Assembly: GCA_973895155.1 (NCBI GenBank)
Contig: OZ316895.1
Span: 2,343,659 to 2,407,658 of the forward strand
DNA from: Marsupella aquatica
Lineage: Eukaryota > Plantae > Marchantiophyta
Reading direction: 5' to 3'
DNA: 64,000 nucleotides
The notes under the pieces are model-generated. The model had not been told where the DNA came from. It did not search any database and saw nothing but the letters and a program-made list of their open reading frames with translations. Below, piece by piece: positions 1-14,031 of the stretch; the first letter of the stretch is position 1; every line of letters begins with the position of its first letter. The position numbers were made by a program, and so were the translations under genes.

Positions 1-3000
1 ATTGTCAAAAAAGTCCTCCTCTCCTCCCAAACTGGGAGTGTTCGTCTCCAAAGGACTCAGTTGAGGTACACTACTTTCAGGGATTCCCTCCACCGAAGAC
101 TGAGCTGGCTCTGCTTCTTCACTTTCGACTCTCTCTTCACTCTCTTGTGTCTCACTCTCTGTGGGTAAGACGTCAAAATTTAGGTGTGTCAGAAGCTTCC
201 GTCTAGCATCGTCATCAAACATCACCTTCAGGAAACTCCAAGTCTCTTTGTCCTCCTCACTCCTGAAACATCCCACAGGATTTGGCAAATTCACAGGTAA
301 GGGACATGATACGAGGCAACGAAACGATTCGGAGAGTGTCTATCTTCCTCAGACCTCATGTGGACTAAAGTAGATGTTCGTGATGGCCATATTCTTGAAA
401 TTATAAACACCATGGAAACATTCAGAGGAGAATGTTCTTACCCAGCCTTTTCAGCTTTGCTTTCACAGAAACCCCGCAAAACTGGCTTCTCACCGCCTGC
501 TATTGAAGTTTCGAATTCAGTGGATTTCTCCACAAGCTCTTCCTCAGTCACAAGGCTATGCAAAGTAATCTGTATCAACCAGCCCATCACATTATATGTT
601 AGAACTTAAACAAGACCTAAAGCTAAAGAAAGGTGCACAATCAAATGACTGAGACTTCTTGCAGTGTCTCATAGACTACTACCTCCGATAACGAGACGCC
701 AGCCACTCCAGGACCCCCCTTCTTGGTTCCAAACGTCACGAGTTTTCCGCCGAATCCAAAACTTACACCAACCGGTCTCTTCAACCACTTTGGAGCCCTT
801 TTCAAATCTGCAATGCACGCGGACGGTGAATACCCCTCTAATAACTTACAAAGAGTAACGCCCGGTATCAACGAATTATTCCTTTCTTTCAGTTCATCCA
901 CAGAACTGCTTTTGAATTCTCTTTAAACACAAGAAAGTAGGCCTGTCCAGGAGACGCTTCTATCCCACATTATGCGATGCTGAAAGCTGTCCATGAGAGA
1001 TTTCACCCTTGTCAAGCTTGGTTTGGTTTTCCCAGTCATTCAGTGAGTTCCTTGCAGCTGTTAAGGTGAAACGTGGTAACTGAATTCTCCCTCCCATTGT
1101 GAACCCTCTATTTTGTATTCCAGTAGACTCGAAGGTGTGCAAGCCCTCAACTAGTGCGTCATCTCCTCCAAAGGATGCAGGTAGTTATTTGATAAAGGCC
1201 TAAGGAGAGATGTTTGTGACTCAGATTCAGCCTGTCCTTTCAAGAATTCTTGCAGTCACTTGATCATCTCTAACCGTGTACTACGAGTCAGGGAGCGAGT
1301 AAAGAGGGATTAAAATGATCCGTGCTTTCCCGGAATTTCCTATAAAGTTCTAGCATAAAGATTGAAATCGTAGCAACCTTCCTGTGTAATGTGCCTTCTA
1401 CATTACAGTTTCCCATCTGCAATACATTAAATTCCTTGAGCTGAGTTAAGTCATGGTAAAGAAAGACTGCTTATCTAGGGTGCTTCAGTTAATGTTCCTA
1501 GGAATATATTCCAGTTTTTAGTTTATCATCACAAATATGGTGCAATGCTCCAGAATTAGAACTCACCTGAATCCATCCCTTTCAGCTCTCGGCCAAAGCT
1601 CATCTCATTTGATGGCGTCCGGCTACAGGCCTGAACTGGGGCCAGACCATAACAAAGGATGACAGTGTGTGTTAAACATTTGGTGAGACAAGCAAAGCAA
1701 CTGACAACCGAATGCAAGGCTTGCTTTCCCAGTAAAGAAGAGCCTGACAGATAGAACTAATAACCATGACTGGAGTTTCATACTTGACTTCATACCTCAA
1801 TATTATAAATTGAGATATTTCCATCAAATGACGACGTTGACAAGACACCAGGTGTGCGAGGCGACCATTGGACATCAAAATTCCAATTATTGCTCGCCGG
1901 AAGCTCATAAAGAACCTGCAGCCAGCATAATTATTAGTTTTGTTTGGCGGTACCACAACTATACGACCTCAGTCAATACACGCCACTCACATCACAAGGA
2001 GAGAGGTATAGTATGAAACCCTACCTCCCCAGAGAAAGTATCCCAGCAGAGTGTTAAGTTATCTTTTGCACAGGTCAACAGGAGGGAACTATCCATAGGG
2101 CACCACGCCATAGCTAAGACACCTGCACGCACAGATAAAATTCTCAAACACAACATTCCTCTAGACCCCGAAAATACCAACAAAGCAAGCCACCAAAGCA
2201 TGGAATTCAGTCCCCATTCATTATAAGATAAGAGTGACTACGACAACTTTCCAATAAATTGCAAATACCCCAGCGAATGAGTAGGTCCTAGAAGGCAAGC
2301 ATTGCGACCCTCAGACCAGGCAGCAGCTTCTCGAAGGCATTATTCGGAACCCAAATCTCTATCGATATTTGTCAGAGTCGATGATAATATTATATGTAAC
2401 CTGAATTTTTGCATCATTCTCATCACAAGCCTCCCGTCTCTAGGGTAGCTCCACATAAAGACCTAAGAGAAATATTTGTACCTTTTGAGTGTCCAACGAA
2501 CTCCCTCAGCGGTGAAACGGAATTCCGCAAATCCCAAACCTAGACACAGTGACGAGAAAAAATGATTATTGCCTGATATGTCGCAGACCATTATTTGCAA
2601 AAGATATCGTCAAATTGTAAGTGTTCCTGGCAGTAAGCGAAACAGAGGACAGCTGCAACTCAAGCATTCTAGACAAATGAAACACATTCACCTGCAGGGA
2701 AGGTGACCTATCGTCATCTGAGGCCACGACAAGCTGAGTAGCATTCTCGGGATTCCACTGCAACGTTGAGCAACGCCGCTGAGTATTCGGATCAGTGAAG
2801 CTGAAGGTAATATATGCAGGGGAAAACACAGGACGATCGGTCAGAGTGACCTGAAGACTTGTGTGGTCTACTACGCTCCTTGTCTTATTATCCCGAATTT
2901 GTCTCTTCAGGGCGGAGGCAAGCCGTGCTTTTTCCAAACACAAAAATAGTTACTTTTGAATTTACCAGGCTTTCCAGTCATGTACAGGAGAGTCGAATCT

Positions 3001-4841
3001 AAAAATTTCCACGTCTTGAGGATTTCAATAAACTTAAGAGAGTCAAAGCACACCTTAGCACCGGCTTTTGCTTTCTCAAATCCCAAACCACTGCCACGTT
3101 ACAGCCAGTACAAACGTTAGAGGTGAGATGAGATCGAGTGGCCCCAAATCGGCATCTCTCGACTTATAAACGAGCAAAGCCTGGGTTGCGTAGCCCACAG
3201 ATCGTCATCGACGACAAAGAGTTCGACAAAGAGTTCACCACAAAACGCCTTGTTCATGATGGGCAGGAGCAATTTACGCCATGAAAGGTCAGGCAGGGTT
3301 TTTTGAAACCAACACTGCTTACCAGTCGTCCCACTGTACGAAGTTGCTGCAAGGATGGGTTGCACCTTACGATTCCACGATAGATATGATATCTCTCCTC
3401 CCTTGGCGCCTCCAGCCTAAGAAGAGCAACAACGTATCATCAAGTGCACCTAGAAAAGCCTTCGTTACGAGACTTCAAATCAGAAGTCAAAACACAAAGG
3501 TTCGTCGATCTTACTCTCAGGGGTCTCAGCGGGGGATAATGAGTTGGCGTCGTTGGGACTTTTAGATCCCAAATATACAAATCTCCATCGGCCCCTCCGG
3601 AAGCGAGTAGATTCGGTGCCAGTGGACTAAACTCCAGTCCATTAACCTGCAATACGAGGGGGGGTGATAAGCGTAAAACCTTACTCTGAATACAGCCAAT
3701 CCTGAAAAGCGAAGATGGATCATGACTCCCTAACGCCATTCGATGCCCACGTAGACGTGAAAGGAGTAAGTAGTGTAACTTTGCATGCGCAGTTAGGACC
3801 CGCAAACCTCGTCGCAGACTGATCATGGACTTGCTTATCTGAATAGGGATTTTCAGCATGGAGATTCTACGCAGGATAAAGTTTCAGATTGCCCCTCGCA
3901 AAGTCCCAAATGTTGATCATAGTGTTTGCGGGGTTTAAGATTCTTCAAGGTAATGGAAAAGTAGAGAAAACAAAAATAGTGCTCGTTCCGTATCCTTGCT
4001 AACTCCCCCCCTCTCCACGCCCCCACCCAACCTTTCCAACCTCCTCCAAAAAGGCATTTCTTACAACCACCAACGCGGACGATCCATGGAATATGAACTC
4101 GTTATAGCCAATTCAATAGACCAAATGAAGTGAAAGAACAGTGCATTTCTGGCACACCCTATGCGACATCTGATCAACCACGACGACGTCAATTCCTTGG
4201 CCAGAAATGGGAGGGTAGAGACAGAAAGGTAGGTCAATCACTCACAGCTCCCGAATGCTTCTCTGGCCTCGCGATAATAGAGTCTGTCGCGTCAGCACCA
4301 TCTCCACTGCGATCGGAAGCGTAAACCAAATGAAAGCATAAGACACTTACATATTTCCCAGGTTCACCACATGCCGAGCAAGTAATCGCATGCGCATAAG
4401 AATGAGAAAAGGGACAGTCCCAAGTCCCGGGAAGACGACCACTTAAACTCAGCAGAAGCCAACCCTATGAAACTCAAAGAACAATGCACGCTGCTATGAT
4501 TAATAAGAAATCTAGGTCACATACCTCACGAGTTTTGCTGGATTCCACAGATTGATGCTACCATCCGAAAGCCCGCCGGCAATAATTCCCAGCGAGTAAT
4601 CCTCGCTTCCGCCAGCATTATTTGCCCACGAAAGCCGATTAAACCTCTCCGTTGTCGGACAAGAATTCAGCACCGGCAGCTCCTGCTCTGTATTCGCGAA
4701 GTCCAGCTCCAAGATCTCCAGCGACGCCGAGGAGCTGAACGACGGATCGATTGCTCCCGCCATTGTTCCCACTGCCATCATCGACGCAGTCGGCGCGAAC
4801 GCCACTGTCGCCGACCTCTCTATCGCCTTCAACGTCGCCAT
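1..4841 (-). CDS. SEC31: Protein transport protein SEC31 (COPII outer coat), 5' portion; gene continues beyond the left edge
   Basis: Spliced exons approx. 4841-4525, 4306-4246, 3646-3515, 3416-3322, 3090-3054, 2800-2692, 2539-2482, 2142-2025, 1915-1796, 1631-1567, 807-683, 569-443, 263-<1, all with GT..AG introns. They give [17 protein letters not shown]...[21 protein letters not shown]40 repeats ([77 protein letters not shown]), [22 protein letters not shown] and [10 protein letters not shown], characteristic of plant SEC31. Confidence 0.96.
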
Positions 4842-4844
4842 TTT

Positions 4845-5200
4845 CCTCCTCCGTCGTTCGTCCTTCCCTCGATCTCCTCTCTTCTCGTCTCTCCTCTCTT
4901 CTCTCCTCCCTTCTCCCTGCCTCTCCTTCCTCGCCTTTCTCGATGCTGCTCCACTGCAACCTCGATGCAGGGTTCCTCTTTGATCAGCTCAACTCTCGAT
5001 CTCGATCTGCCGATCCACCGACACCTTTTCCTCTCGATCTACAGAGTCAAGTATCTACACACGGAGAGCTCGATCGGCTCCCCCTTGTCTCTCTCCCTCT
5101 CTCTCTGTGTCAAACGAGTCGAATCGAGTCGACTCTCGGAGCTCTACTCATAGAGCTCTCTCTCTCCCCTCTTCTATTTCCTTCCCTTTCTTTTCTCGTC
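4845..5200 (-). promoter_or_regulatory. GA/CT-rich 5' UTR and proximal promoter of SEC31
   Basis: Long CT-rich tracts on the + strand (GA-rich on the sense strand) immediately upstream of the ATG at 4841, typical of plant 5' UTRs and GAGA elements. Confidence 0.5.
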
Positions 5201-5347
5201 GCTCATATCGTAGAATATCGTAGACGTTGCTTCTCAAGCTTCTGAGGCTCGGGACCACTGCAATGTAATGTACAGTCGGCCAGGGCTCTGCTGTAGTCTC
5301 GGACTCGAGACATTTGACTCTCGGGGCACTCCTTTGTTCACCTACTT

Positions 5348-5970
5348 GGGCGTCTCAAAGCTTCTTATTACAGCCCTTTGCTATTTTTCCATTTTTTCAG
5401 GGCATTATGCAGCATAATGTCTTTGGTCAAGATCTGTATCATCGCTTTAGAAAGCTTCTTATTCAAGCCCTTTGCTATTTTCTCGTTTGTATATTTCAGG
5501 GCATTCTGGAGCATAGTGTCTTTGGTCAACATCTGTATCATCTCTTTAGAAAGCTTCTTATTATAGCCGGTTGCTAATTTCCCGTTTATATATGTCAAGG
5601 CATTCTGGAGCATAATGTCTTTTGGTCAGGATATGTATCATCTCTTTAGAAAGCTTCTTTAGACTAGACTTGAGACATTTGACTCAAGGGGCACCTCTTG
5701 GGCCTCTCAAAGCTTCTTATTATTAAAGCCCTTCGCTATTTTGTCCGTTTGTATATTTCAGGGCATTGTGGAGCATAATGTCTTTGGTCAAGATCTGTAG
5801 CATCTCTTTAGAGAGCTTCTTATTAAAGCCCTTTGCTATTTTTCCATTTGTATATTTCAGGGCCTTCTGGAGCATAATGCCTTTGGTCAAAGATATGTAT
5901 CACCTCCTTAGAAAGATTCTCCTCAATTTTTACTTAAGTTAGAAAGAAGCAAAATCTTTGAAGCCATTGA
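5348..5970. repeat. Tandem array of about 100-bp units (about 5 copies); probable subterminal region of a non-autonomous DNA element
   Basis: Unit AAAGCTTCTTATT..AGCCCTTTGCTATTTT..CAGGGCATT.TGGAGCATAATGTCTTTGGTCAA.ATCTGTATCATCTCTTTAG repeats from about 5357. The array starts with GGGCGTCTCAAA (5348; variant at 5700), the same motif as the MITE TIRs at 48764 and 60864. The last unit aligns with 20040-20185. Confidence 0.8.
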
Positions 5971-8489
5971 ACCACACCAGCCCACATAAAAGCCCCATTG
6001 CCTCCCTCACTACGTACTCCTCATTCCTGTCCTGTGGTGGCTCAGCATAAAAGGTGGAGCACTTGGAATTCAATCTCATTCCTGAACATGTGCAAATTAT
6101 AATGAGAACATAGAGGCAGTTGTGTACTAAGGTCATGCTTTTGGAGCATTATGGGCAATAATAGCCCTCAAGACTTGACCTAAACCTTTTGTTTTTCTGG
6201 GCATTATATCTCATAATGGCCCTCCAAATAGGACTTTGGCGTATACATAAAGTTATTTTTTATTTTTCTCTTTGTATTGTATAGGGCATCAATTTTCCAC
6301 AATGCCTCCCTTCTTTTGAGGAGGGGATTATCGGAAGTACCACAAATCTAAGAAACTATGAAAGAGAAAAATTAGTTTAGCATTTAAAGATAAATAAAGA
6401 TTGTCTTGAGAGTATAGAGATTGTATCCAAAATCTAATATATTGCACGGCTGAATGTTTATTACGGACCCCATTAGAGGTCCCTTCCAAAATTTGAGACT
6501 CCACAGTGCGCCATGTCATCATGGCGTGCTACAAACAAGAACAGATTTGTTTCCAAATTAAAATAACTACTCAATTAGTGTTTGTGGCAAGTTCTTGGTA
6601 AGATTTAGGGCGTCATGCCATAAAACATAATGTAATTTTATTTGACATAGCCGTTTTAGTTACCATAACCAACTCTGGCCGTCCTGATTCGCCATTGAAA
6701 TAGTGCATAGGGACTTAGAACCTGGAGAGTCAAACACAGGAGCATTATATGTATTACATAACTGTTGCGCAACGCTAGCTAGTCATGTGGTAGTGCTGTT
6801 GCATTGCCAATTTATGATCAGCATGCATTTTAGTCTATCGATCAGCGACTGAATCAGGAATGAATAGAATTGTGCTCACAGTAACTAGCCTGGATTTACC
6901 CTAAATTGTGAACGAGAGTACTAATCCAGACTGTAAAACTTATCCATGGAAGGATAATTGCTTTGTTTGAGGTTTACATGGAAAGGCTTCACGAATCTAG
7001 AAACTCAAAAATTGTGCTCGGTCACTTTAGAATATTGGTCATGACCAAATCCCCTACCTTCACAAATTTGGAGGGAAGATTTGAAGGGCTCAGTCGATCT
7101 GTTAATGAGCTTTGGCCTCGATCGAATAGCAACTGCAATTCATGCATGTGATGTGTGCACTGGCTACAGGTACTATCATGCGTTAGAACCCTCAACATCA
7201 TTGAGTTATGCTTATCGAATGTTGCATGTGTGAGTTACAGCTTAGCATTCTAATTATATTATGAATTTAAGCTTCCATGGAAGGGGAAACTAAGGGATCA
7301 CAGAGCGTCAAGTTGATTTTAATTAGTAGGTACTTATTTCAAATGACAATCTTTCAAAGGACACATGCAGGCCTATATATGTCCGGCTCCAACAATCTGA
7401 TCAAACAAACATTTTTGAGGCATGCATAAAACCATATTATCTGAAACCATAATTGTCTGGTTACCAGTCGACTGATCGAGATGGTCATCATTAAGTTTAG
7501 GTCACCAACTTTTCACATTTCACAACTCTGCCTTCAATTTGTGATCTAATATTAATGGACCAGTTTGATGTCAATAGTCTTTGAGACGTTCTTTGATCAA
7601 AGCTGGCATAATTTATGAGCTTTGGTAGACAGCAAGGCAGAGACAAGCGGGAAGACGAGGGTGTCATGAAATTAATGGGGATGCACAAACTACATTTGGG
7701 TCTAGATGGCTTGATTGGGGGCTCTTTACAATTTCTACTTCTAAACTTTAAAACCCTTGAGATTTTCTTGTGCGCATAGCAAGTATTGAATACTTTTGTC
7801 TTGCCCTAGCGTGGTTTTTGATTCATAACCAAATCCTGTCAAATCAGATTGATTCATGTCATTCCAGTGGGACTTTTGGGGAGGCAAATTTGAGTTTGGT
7901 CATTCAGCATCACACATTGTCTAACACATATATCGACATCACACATTGTCCAACACATGTATCACTACTTTTCAATCTTAACATCTATTAAAACTACAAA
8001 CACAAAGGAGATAGGCACCCACAAACTAATTTTCATTTTAAACTTCTTCCAGGTTTTACCAATTATGTGCCATCTAATTGTTGCATGGCCCTTTAATTTT
8101 TCCATCCATTCAATAAATTTATTTTTCTTGTTTATCCCCAAAAGTCACCCAAGCTCTTTACGTATGTTAATGTTCTTGTTATCGGAATTGTGAGAATAAA
8201 CCCCTCAAAACTTAGGTTGTTGCTCTCATTTTGGGGGGCACTATATCTCACAATGCCCTCTAACCCAGACAGTATCCTATTCATACTTATATATGATGGC
8301 TTTTGACCATTATACTCTACAAAGGGTTTCATAGATTGAAGTTTTTTTCATATCCCCTACAGTGATTTATGGTCATGGGATATGACCAATCTTTATGGCC
8401 AAAAGCTATGGATTATTTTGCCATTGTTGTCCATCACATTTGAGATTTGATATTCCCTAGTGTATCTATCTAGTAAAGCCTAATGGAAA

Positions 8490-8890
8490 GCTAACATAAA
8501 GGCCCACAATCTAGCGTGAAGCTTCATCCTAGAGACTGGTTTTGGGAGTCCTAGAGAATGATTTTGGGAGCACAAATGTGGTTGGGGGTGGAACTGAAAT
8601 TAGCAAGCTGGTACTTGTCTCTTTATGAGAATAGTTAAGGCATTTGAACTAGTTCAGTATATAATCGCGGTCAAATATTAACATAAGGGCCTACTATATG
8701 GAGTGAAAGTCTCTATGAAGTGATACTGGGAGCATAGTTATGGTTGGGATGGAACTATAAATTGGCACTTTGGTACTCACCTATTTATGAGAACAGTTTG
8801 GGCATTCAAACTAGTTGACTCTATATTCACAATCTAAAGCTACTCTTGAGGGCCTACAGTCTAGGGTGAAGTCTCTACACAATGACTCTA
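8490..8890. repeat. Degenerate tandem repeat with units of about 160-190 bp
   Basis: Recurrent GGCC(C/T)AC..TCTAG.GTGAAG blocks (about 8501, 8687, 8850) and TTTATGAGAA.AGTT..GGCATT..AACTAGTT blocks (about 8622, 8785). Confidence 0.55.
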
Positions 8891-9607
8891 GGGGTTTTAG
8901 TGAAGTTTGGGGGTGTGACTGGAAAATGGGGATTGGGGGCATGATGTGTCAAAGAAGACTTGAATTTCTTTACCCCAATTTGTGTTCAAAGAATGGGTAC
9001 ACGGGCTAGTTTCAAAAGCTAGAGAGGGACCGCTATTATTGTCTAAACACGGGTTGGTGTGTGGTAATCTGCAATTTTTAGTCTTTTCCTATTTGAGGAG
9101 TGTTAGGGAAAGAATTTTGAGGCAATAAGTGGCCACTCAGTAGGCACTCGGCCAATCAGATGGAGACTGCAAGCGCAACTAAGAGCAAGACCTCATGCAT
9201 TTACGATCTTGATCTCAAGAACTTCCAACTCCTTGGTCTCTACTTGGTAATTTGCATATCTTAATACGTTCTTGTTTGAGGGGAAGAGTTTTGACAGGGC
9301 ACTCTCTAGTCACTCAGCCAATGGGATGGAGACCACAAGCACAAGAAGTACAAGATCTGATGCATTTACAACCCTGTTCTCAAGGACTTCCAACTCAATC
9401 CATTGGTCTTGTATCAATGATACTTTAAATGATAAATATTTTCAGCACTCATTGGGATTTTGGGAGAAAATGTCAATATATGTGGTCATTTATATTTGTG
9501 GCGCCCTCTTTTCCCGGCAAGCGCGACGGGGGAGCCACCGATAATTTTCGAAGAGCGAGTATATTCGCTTTGTTCCACCATCGCAATTTGAAAGATTGGA
9601 ACATTAC

Positions 9608-9680
9608 ATATATATATATATATACGTGGCGATTCATATAGAATAGTTGCTTACGGGCCAAATAGATATATATATATATT
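9608..9680. repeat. (TA)n microsatellites
   Basis: TATATA runs at about 9608-9624 and 9666-9679. Confidence 0.7.
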
Positions 9681-12280
9681 TCTTTATTTCATTTATTTAT
9701 TTATCTCTCTCTATATGGTCCAGAAACGAACTTCGATCCCCTTTCTTTTATACATAAGATGAAATTACTATTATTAGACAAGATATTAAGGATAGTAATA
9801 ATTATTAGGTTCAGAATGAGAACTGATACTACTAAATACTGAGAATTTTTGAATGACTAATTTTTTCCAAGTCGGGAAACTCGACTTCAACTTTTTGTAA
9901 ATAAAACTAAGAAGGGACCTTGACATCCTAGTAAATAATCCCGTTGGAAACCTTTGTAATTACGATGGGACCCTTCTCCCATATTGGGTCGAGCATTATG
10001 TGGCTAAAATAGTTTTTTTTAACTACGCTTTTATCTTCCACATTTTCTTATCATTCGAGGCCTAGTGATTGATTGCATAACTTCAGGTATTAATACACAT
10101 ACATATACTAGCCTGGCTGCACACTCTTTGATGTTTAAGTGTTAGTCCCAGCAAGGCTGGATAAAGGGGGCCCTAGTTTGTTACTTCGTTGAGCATGAAC
10201 ACACTAGTAGCACTTCTTCACTGACCAATTAGGGAAAACAAAATAAAATTGACCAAATAAGTTCCTTGAGAACAACTGTAAAGCAACTGATTGATAGACT
10301 AATTAAGATGGAAAGGTGATGTGGTGGGGCCAATGTACAACCAAACAGGAGTGATTTGGTATGGTGACCCTTCTACTCTCTAACATTAACCTTCTAAGCC
10401 AAAAATTCTAATCCCTACTTTCCCCTTTACTCTTCAATGAGAACTATTTAAACCTTATGAACATGACCCCAGAAATATCATTACATCATGTGCATCCTTG
10501 GGTTCCTGATAGAGTGCATGAGCATCTTGTACAGTCAGAGATGGAGGCTTGCCTGTTTGTCCGTCGAATGCCACACTCTTCCATGGAATTTTCTAATGTG
10601 TATATATATGTATGTAGTTTTATGTTGTTCTGACTCATGAATACTTTTGCACAAGTTTTGAGTGAGCCATGTAGAGTAGGTTGGCTTTAACCTTGAATGT
10701 GTGTGAATCCATACTAGACCAACCATGTCATTCTATGTACATGGTTAACATGTTTGGAGATCTAGAGCCCTTCTTTTTGGATCTTGTTGGCCAACTCTCG
10801 ATCTCTTATATCTTTCCATGGGTCTTCAAATAGATTGGGTTAATTAAATTCTTTAAGCTCAGAACTCTTTGTTATATTCAAGTTAAATCCACCCTGAGGG
10901 TATCCTATTTAGATACAAACTAGGTGGTGGATTTGAAAAGTTTGGAAATGTCTAGCTGCCAATGCTGTTGGCATGGATGTAGTTGGCCAACACACTCATT
11001 CCACTAAATTACTGTTTGCTTTCTCCAAAAGTTTTAAGAGGGTCCAATACTATCCAAACCCTTGAAACAATCAATCATGACTTAAGACACTAAATGGATA
11101 CTTCTCTAAAGAAATAGTTTACCCAAGTGTCACGATCGTAGGGGGGTTCACTAATTTTACTTGGACTGAGGGCCCAGGGCTTCTACCACCCAATCATGAT
11201 TTGAGCCAACATATACTCACTTCCTCCAAAAGTTTCCTTGGGGTTTTCCCAATTTTTTTTGAATATCATGTGTCCATTACACACTTGATACACTGCCCCA
11301 AACCACAACCCACCACTTAGAAGGTCTGGATCCAAACCAAGATGGTTTCTCCCATCAGAATGGTCCAATATATTAGAAATGAGTCAAGTTCCTGCGAGAG
11401 TTTCTGGCTTTGGTTAGTTTGGTCTTAATGGGGGCCTTATGAGGGTTAGTTAACCATTAATCACATTAGGATAAGATCCACTCAAATTAGGCCCACACAT
11501 CTCAGCCCCTTAGGGGGTATAGGTTGGAGGGAGAATATTCTCTCCCTCATTTGTTACATGTACTTTCTCATGAACTATGGATGCTTCAAGAATTTCTCCA
11601 TCATGGTGTCTTGTTGGTGTAGAGTGAGATTGGGTGCTCTCATGTTCCACGTATGCTGTCTAGTCTAAACCGATGGTTTTTTACACATCCTAGCCCAAAC
11701 TTCTGTTTGATTATATAAATACATCCCATGGCAAGCGTAGGCACTGATGTGACTAGTTGATAAGCCCTTAGATTTTGACACCTTACCAAATTGGGGTGGT
11801 TTTAATAATTTGGCAAGATATAGTAAAACTTTGGGGTCAGTTTAAGATCCCTCCACCTGCCCCCCTCACCCCCCCAAAAAACAAAAAAAACAAACCTATT
11901 TTATTTACAAAGTTGCCCTTGCTCCCCGTTTCATAGATTAGTTTAACCTTTCCATGCTAATGGGAAGCCTTCCCATTGGTCACTTGGCTCTCAATAGCAC
12001 CAACCTCTTCCCACCATTGACCAAGCCTCCTCCATTGTCCCAATTTTACAAGTGGCAGGGACAACCTTTGGGCCCATTACTTTATCCAGTCCATGGGAGG
12101 GACAAGCACTAGGGTCCAATTGGCTCTGGTTGCACCTGTGACACATACCACGTGTAACCCACCCAAGAGGGTTTCAAATAGAACCCATGCCACCATTGAG
12201 GATCAAACTCTGGAGCTAAGTTGTTTGAGAAGGGATAGTTCAAATTCTCACCTGATATGCAATAACATCAATTTGCAACC

Positions 12281-12625
12281 AACCAGCACTGATCAGTTGA
12301 CCCGGGGACGAGCCTATAACCAAGAGGTCCCAAGTTCAATCCCCCCCTCCACATTTAAAGGTTGTGGAGGGTGTGTGTCTGGATGAAATTTAGTGGTGGG
12401 AGTCCTGATTTTTCCTGAGCCCCACCCTCCTCAACCCCTAGCTGGTTGGCTTTGGGCTCTGTCCAACCCTCCTCCCTCCTGGTACTGGGTATGATGACCC
12501 CCCTTGTGGGCTACCCTACATAGGTGCTTTGGAGTTGATAACGTATCCTATGCATGCTCAGGAGTTCATAATGTATCCTCTCTGTTGGATGGGTTAGCGT
12601 TGGTATTAAGGCAAAAAACATAAAT
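12281..12625 (+). mobile_element. tRNA-derived SINE-like element (about 345 bp)
   Basis: 5' head with a B-box-like GGTCCCAAGTTCAATCCC (about 12326-12343) and a weak A-box. A-rich 3' tail (GGCAAAAAAACATAAA). Flanked by an imperfect 14-bp direct repeat ATCAATTTGCAACC (12267-12280) / ATCAATTCGCACCC (12626-12639). Confidence 0.6.
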
Positions 12626-13473
12626 ATCAATTCGCACCCCCATCTATCAAATCTTGTGTGTGTGGGGAACATGTCCCCCTGGATTTTTTAATAGGAGGAA
12701 ATTCCAAGCTCGGGAGTCTCTATCGATGAACGTGTTTCAACGCATGAATGTGACTAAGGTAGGCGGAATCAATGACTCTGAATCGTGCAGTAGCTACGAC
12801 ATTACGATTCACAAGAGCAGCACGCATTTGCCATCGGATGGCCATTGTGTAAGTAGTGGAATCTACACTTTCGTTGATGCAGGGTGGGCGTTCTGTTGGA
12901 GTGTCCCATGCACCCGGCTCCGGCAAGTTACGAGCTTCGAATGAGCACACTTGTTTCCCAGTTTACGCCGGACCGTCGAGACCCGTGTGCTCGAAAATGA
13001 GAAACATTGCTGCGAAATCTCCAGAAACTTCAGAAATGTTCTTTTGGGTGAACTTCCAGGGGAGACGAAGTCTCCACCGTCAGGGATTCCAAGTCCAATC
13101 TACAATTCACAGCACGAGGACAGCTTAGGAGAATTCTTTACGTGAATTATTATTTTTTGCCTTGAATACCGAAAGCTGACCCATCCAACAGAGGGTAGAC
13201 GTGAAGTTTTTCCTGCAATCCCAGCCTCAATCGGCATTTCACGAGCTTCATATAAGTGCTCATCTTTGCCTCAGTTTGGACCGCACCCGACCCAGAGGCT
13301 TGTAACCGAAGCTCAAGAGACCGCTGTAAGATCTCAAGAAAGTTGTTGTTCGGTGATTGTTCGGTGATTGTTCGGTGATTCTTCCAAGGGGGACGAATCT
13401 GAGTCCAATACACTATCGGCAGCGTCAAGAAAGCTAAGGAGAAATTGTTACATCAAGTTCGTCAGGCGAAGTC

Positions 13474-14031
13474 ATGCCAAGGAATACGAAGCCCCCTCCA
13501 AAGGGACCGAGTCCAGGTGGGAAGAAGGTGACGACTGACGTGCAGGAGTTCACTGCCCGCGCTATTGTTCTTGATAGAGAGATCCTCGAAGGCTTTTCAG
13601 CAGGAAGCAACGGATCCCGACTAGAGGAACGAAGTGAACAGGAGATTCGCTGCAATGATTCACTCAACACCGCTCTTGAGACAAAGAACGACGGCAAGAA
13701 CGATGGTCATCACAGTGACGCTCCTGTGTCGAACAAGGCGTTTATTGGCGCAATCGCTGGACGTGAACTAACTGATACTGGAGTTGGCGCTGGCCCATGC
13801 CTAAAATCTTTCGAAGCGACAAGCCACTTTGTGTTAAATTCGAACATTGATACTGTCCCCGGGAAACGAGAAGCTGCCTGTATCAACGATTCGTCAGGAA
13901 AGATTGAGGCTCCGAAAGAGGGAAGTCCTGGTTCGAAGCAAACTGACCACGCCAAAGATGTATCAGCACAAACTGAAGTCCCTGTGGGGGAAAGTTCTGG
14001 TACCACGCAAACTGCCTACGCCAAACCATGA
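13474..14031 (+). CDS. Hypothetical 185-aa hydrophilic ORF with no recognisable domain
   Basis: ATG-initiated 558-bp ORF, charged and Ser/Gly-rich. There is an in-frame stop just upstream (13434-13436). No homology recognised. Confidence 0.25.
   Translation: MPRNTKPPPKGPSPGGKKVTTDVQEFTARAIVLDREILEGFSAGSNGSRLEERSEQEIRCNDSLNTALETKNDGKNDGHHSDAPVSNKAFIGAIAGRELTDTGVGAGPCLKSFEATSHFVLNSNIDTVPGKREAACINDSSGKIEAPKEGSPGSKQTDHAKDVSAQTEVPVGESSGTTQTAYAKP

Noticed and set aside
4639-5245. Long ORFs overlapping the SEC31 start
   Set aside because: Low-complexity translations of the CT/GA-rich UTR and of antisense or alternative frames.
11128-11558. Solo LTR (TGTCAC...GTTACA)
   Set aside because: No matching TSD; the boundaries are unsupported.
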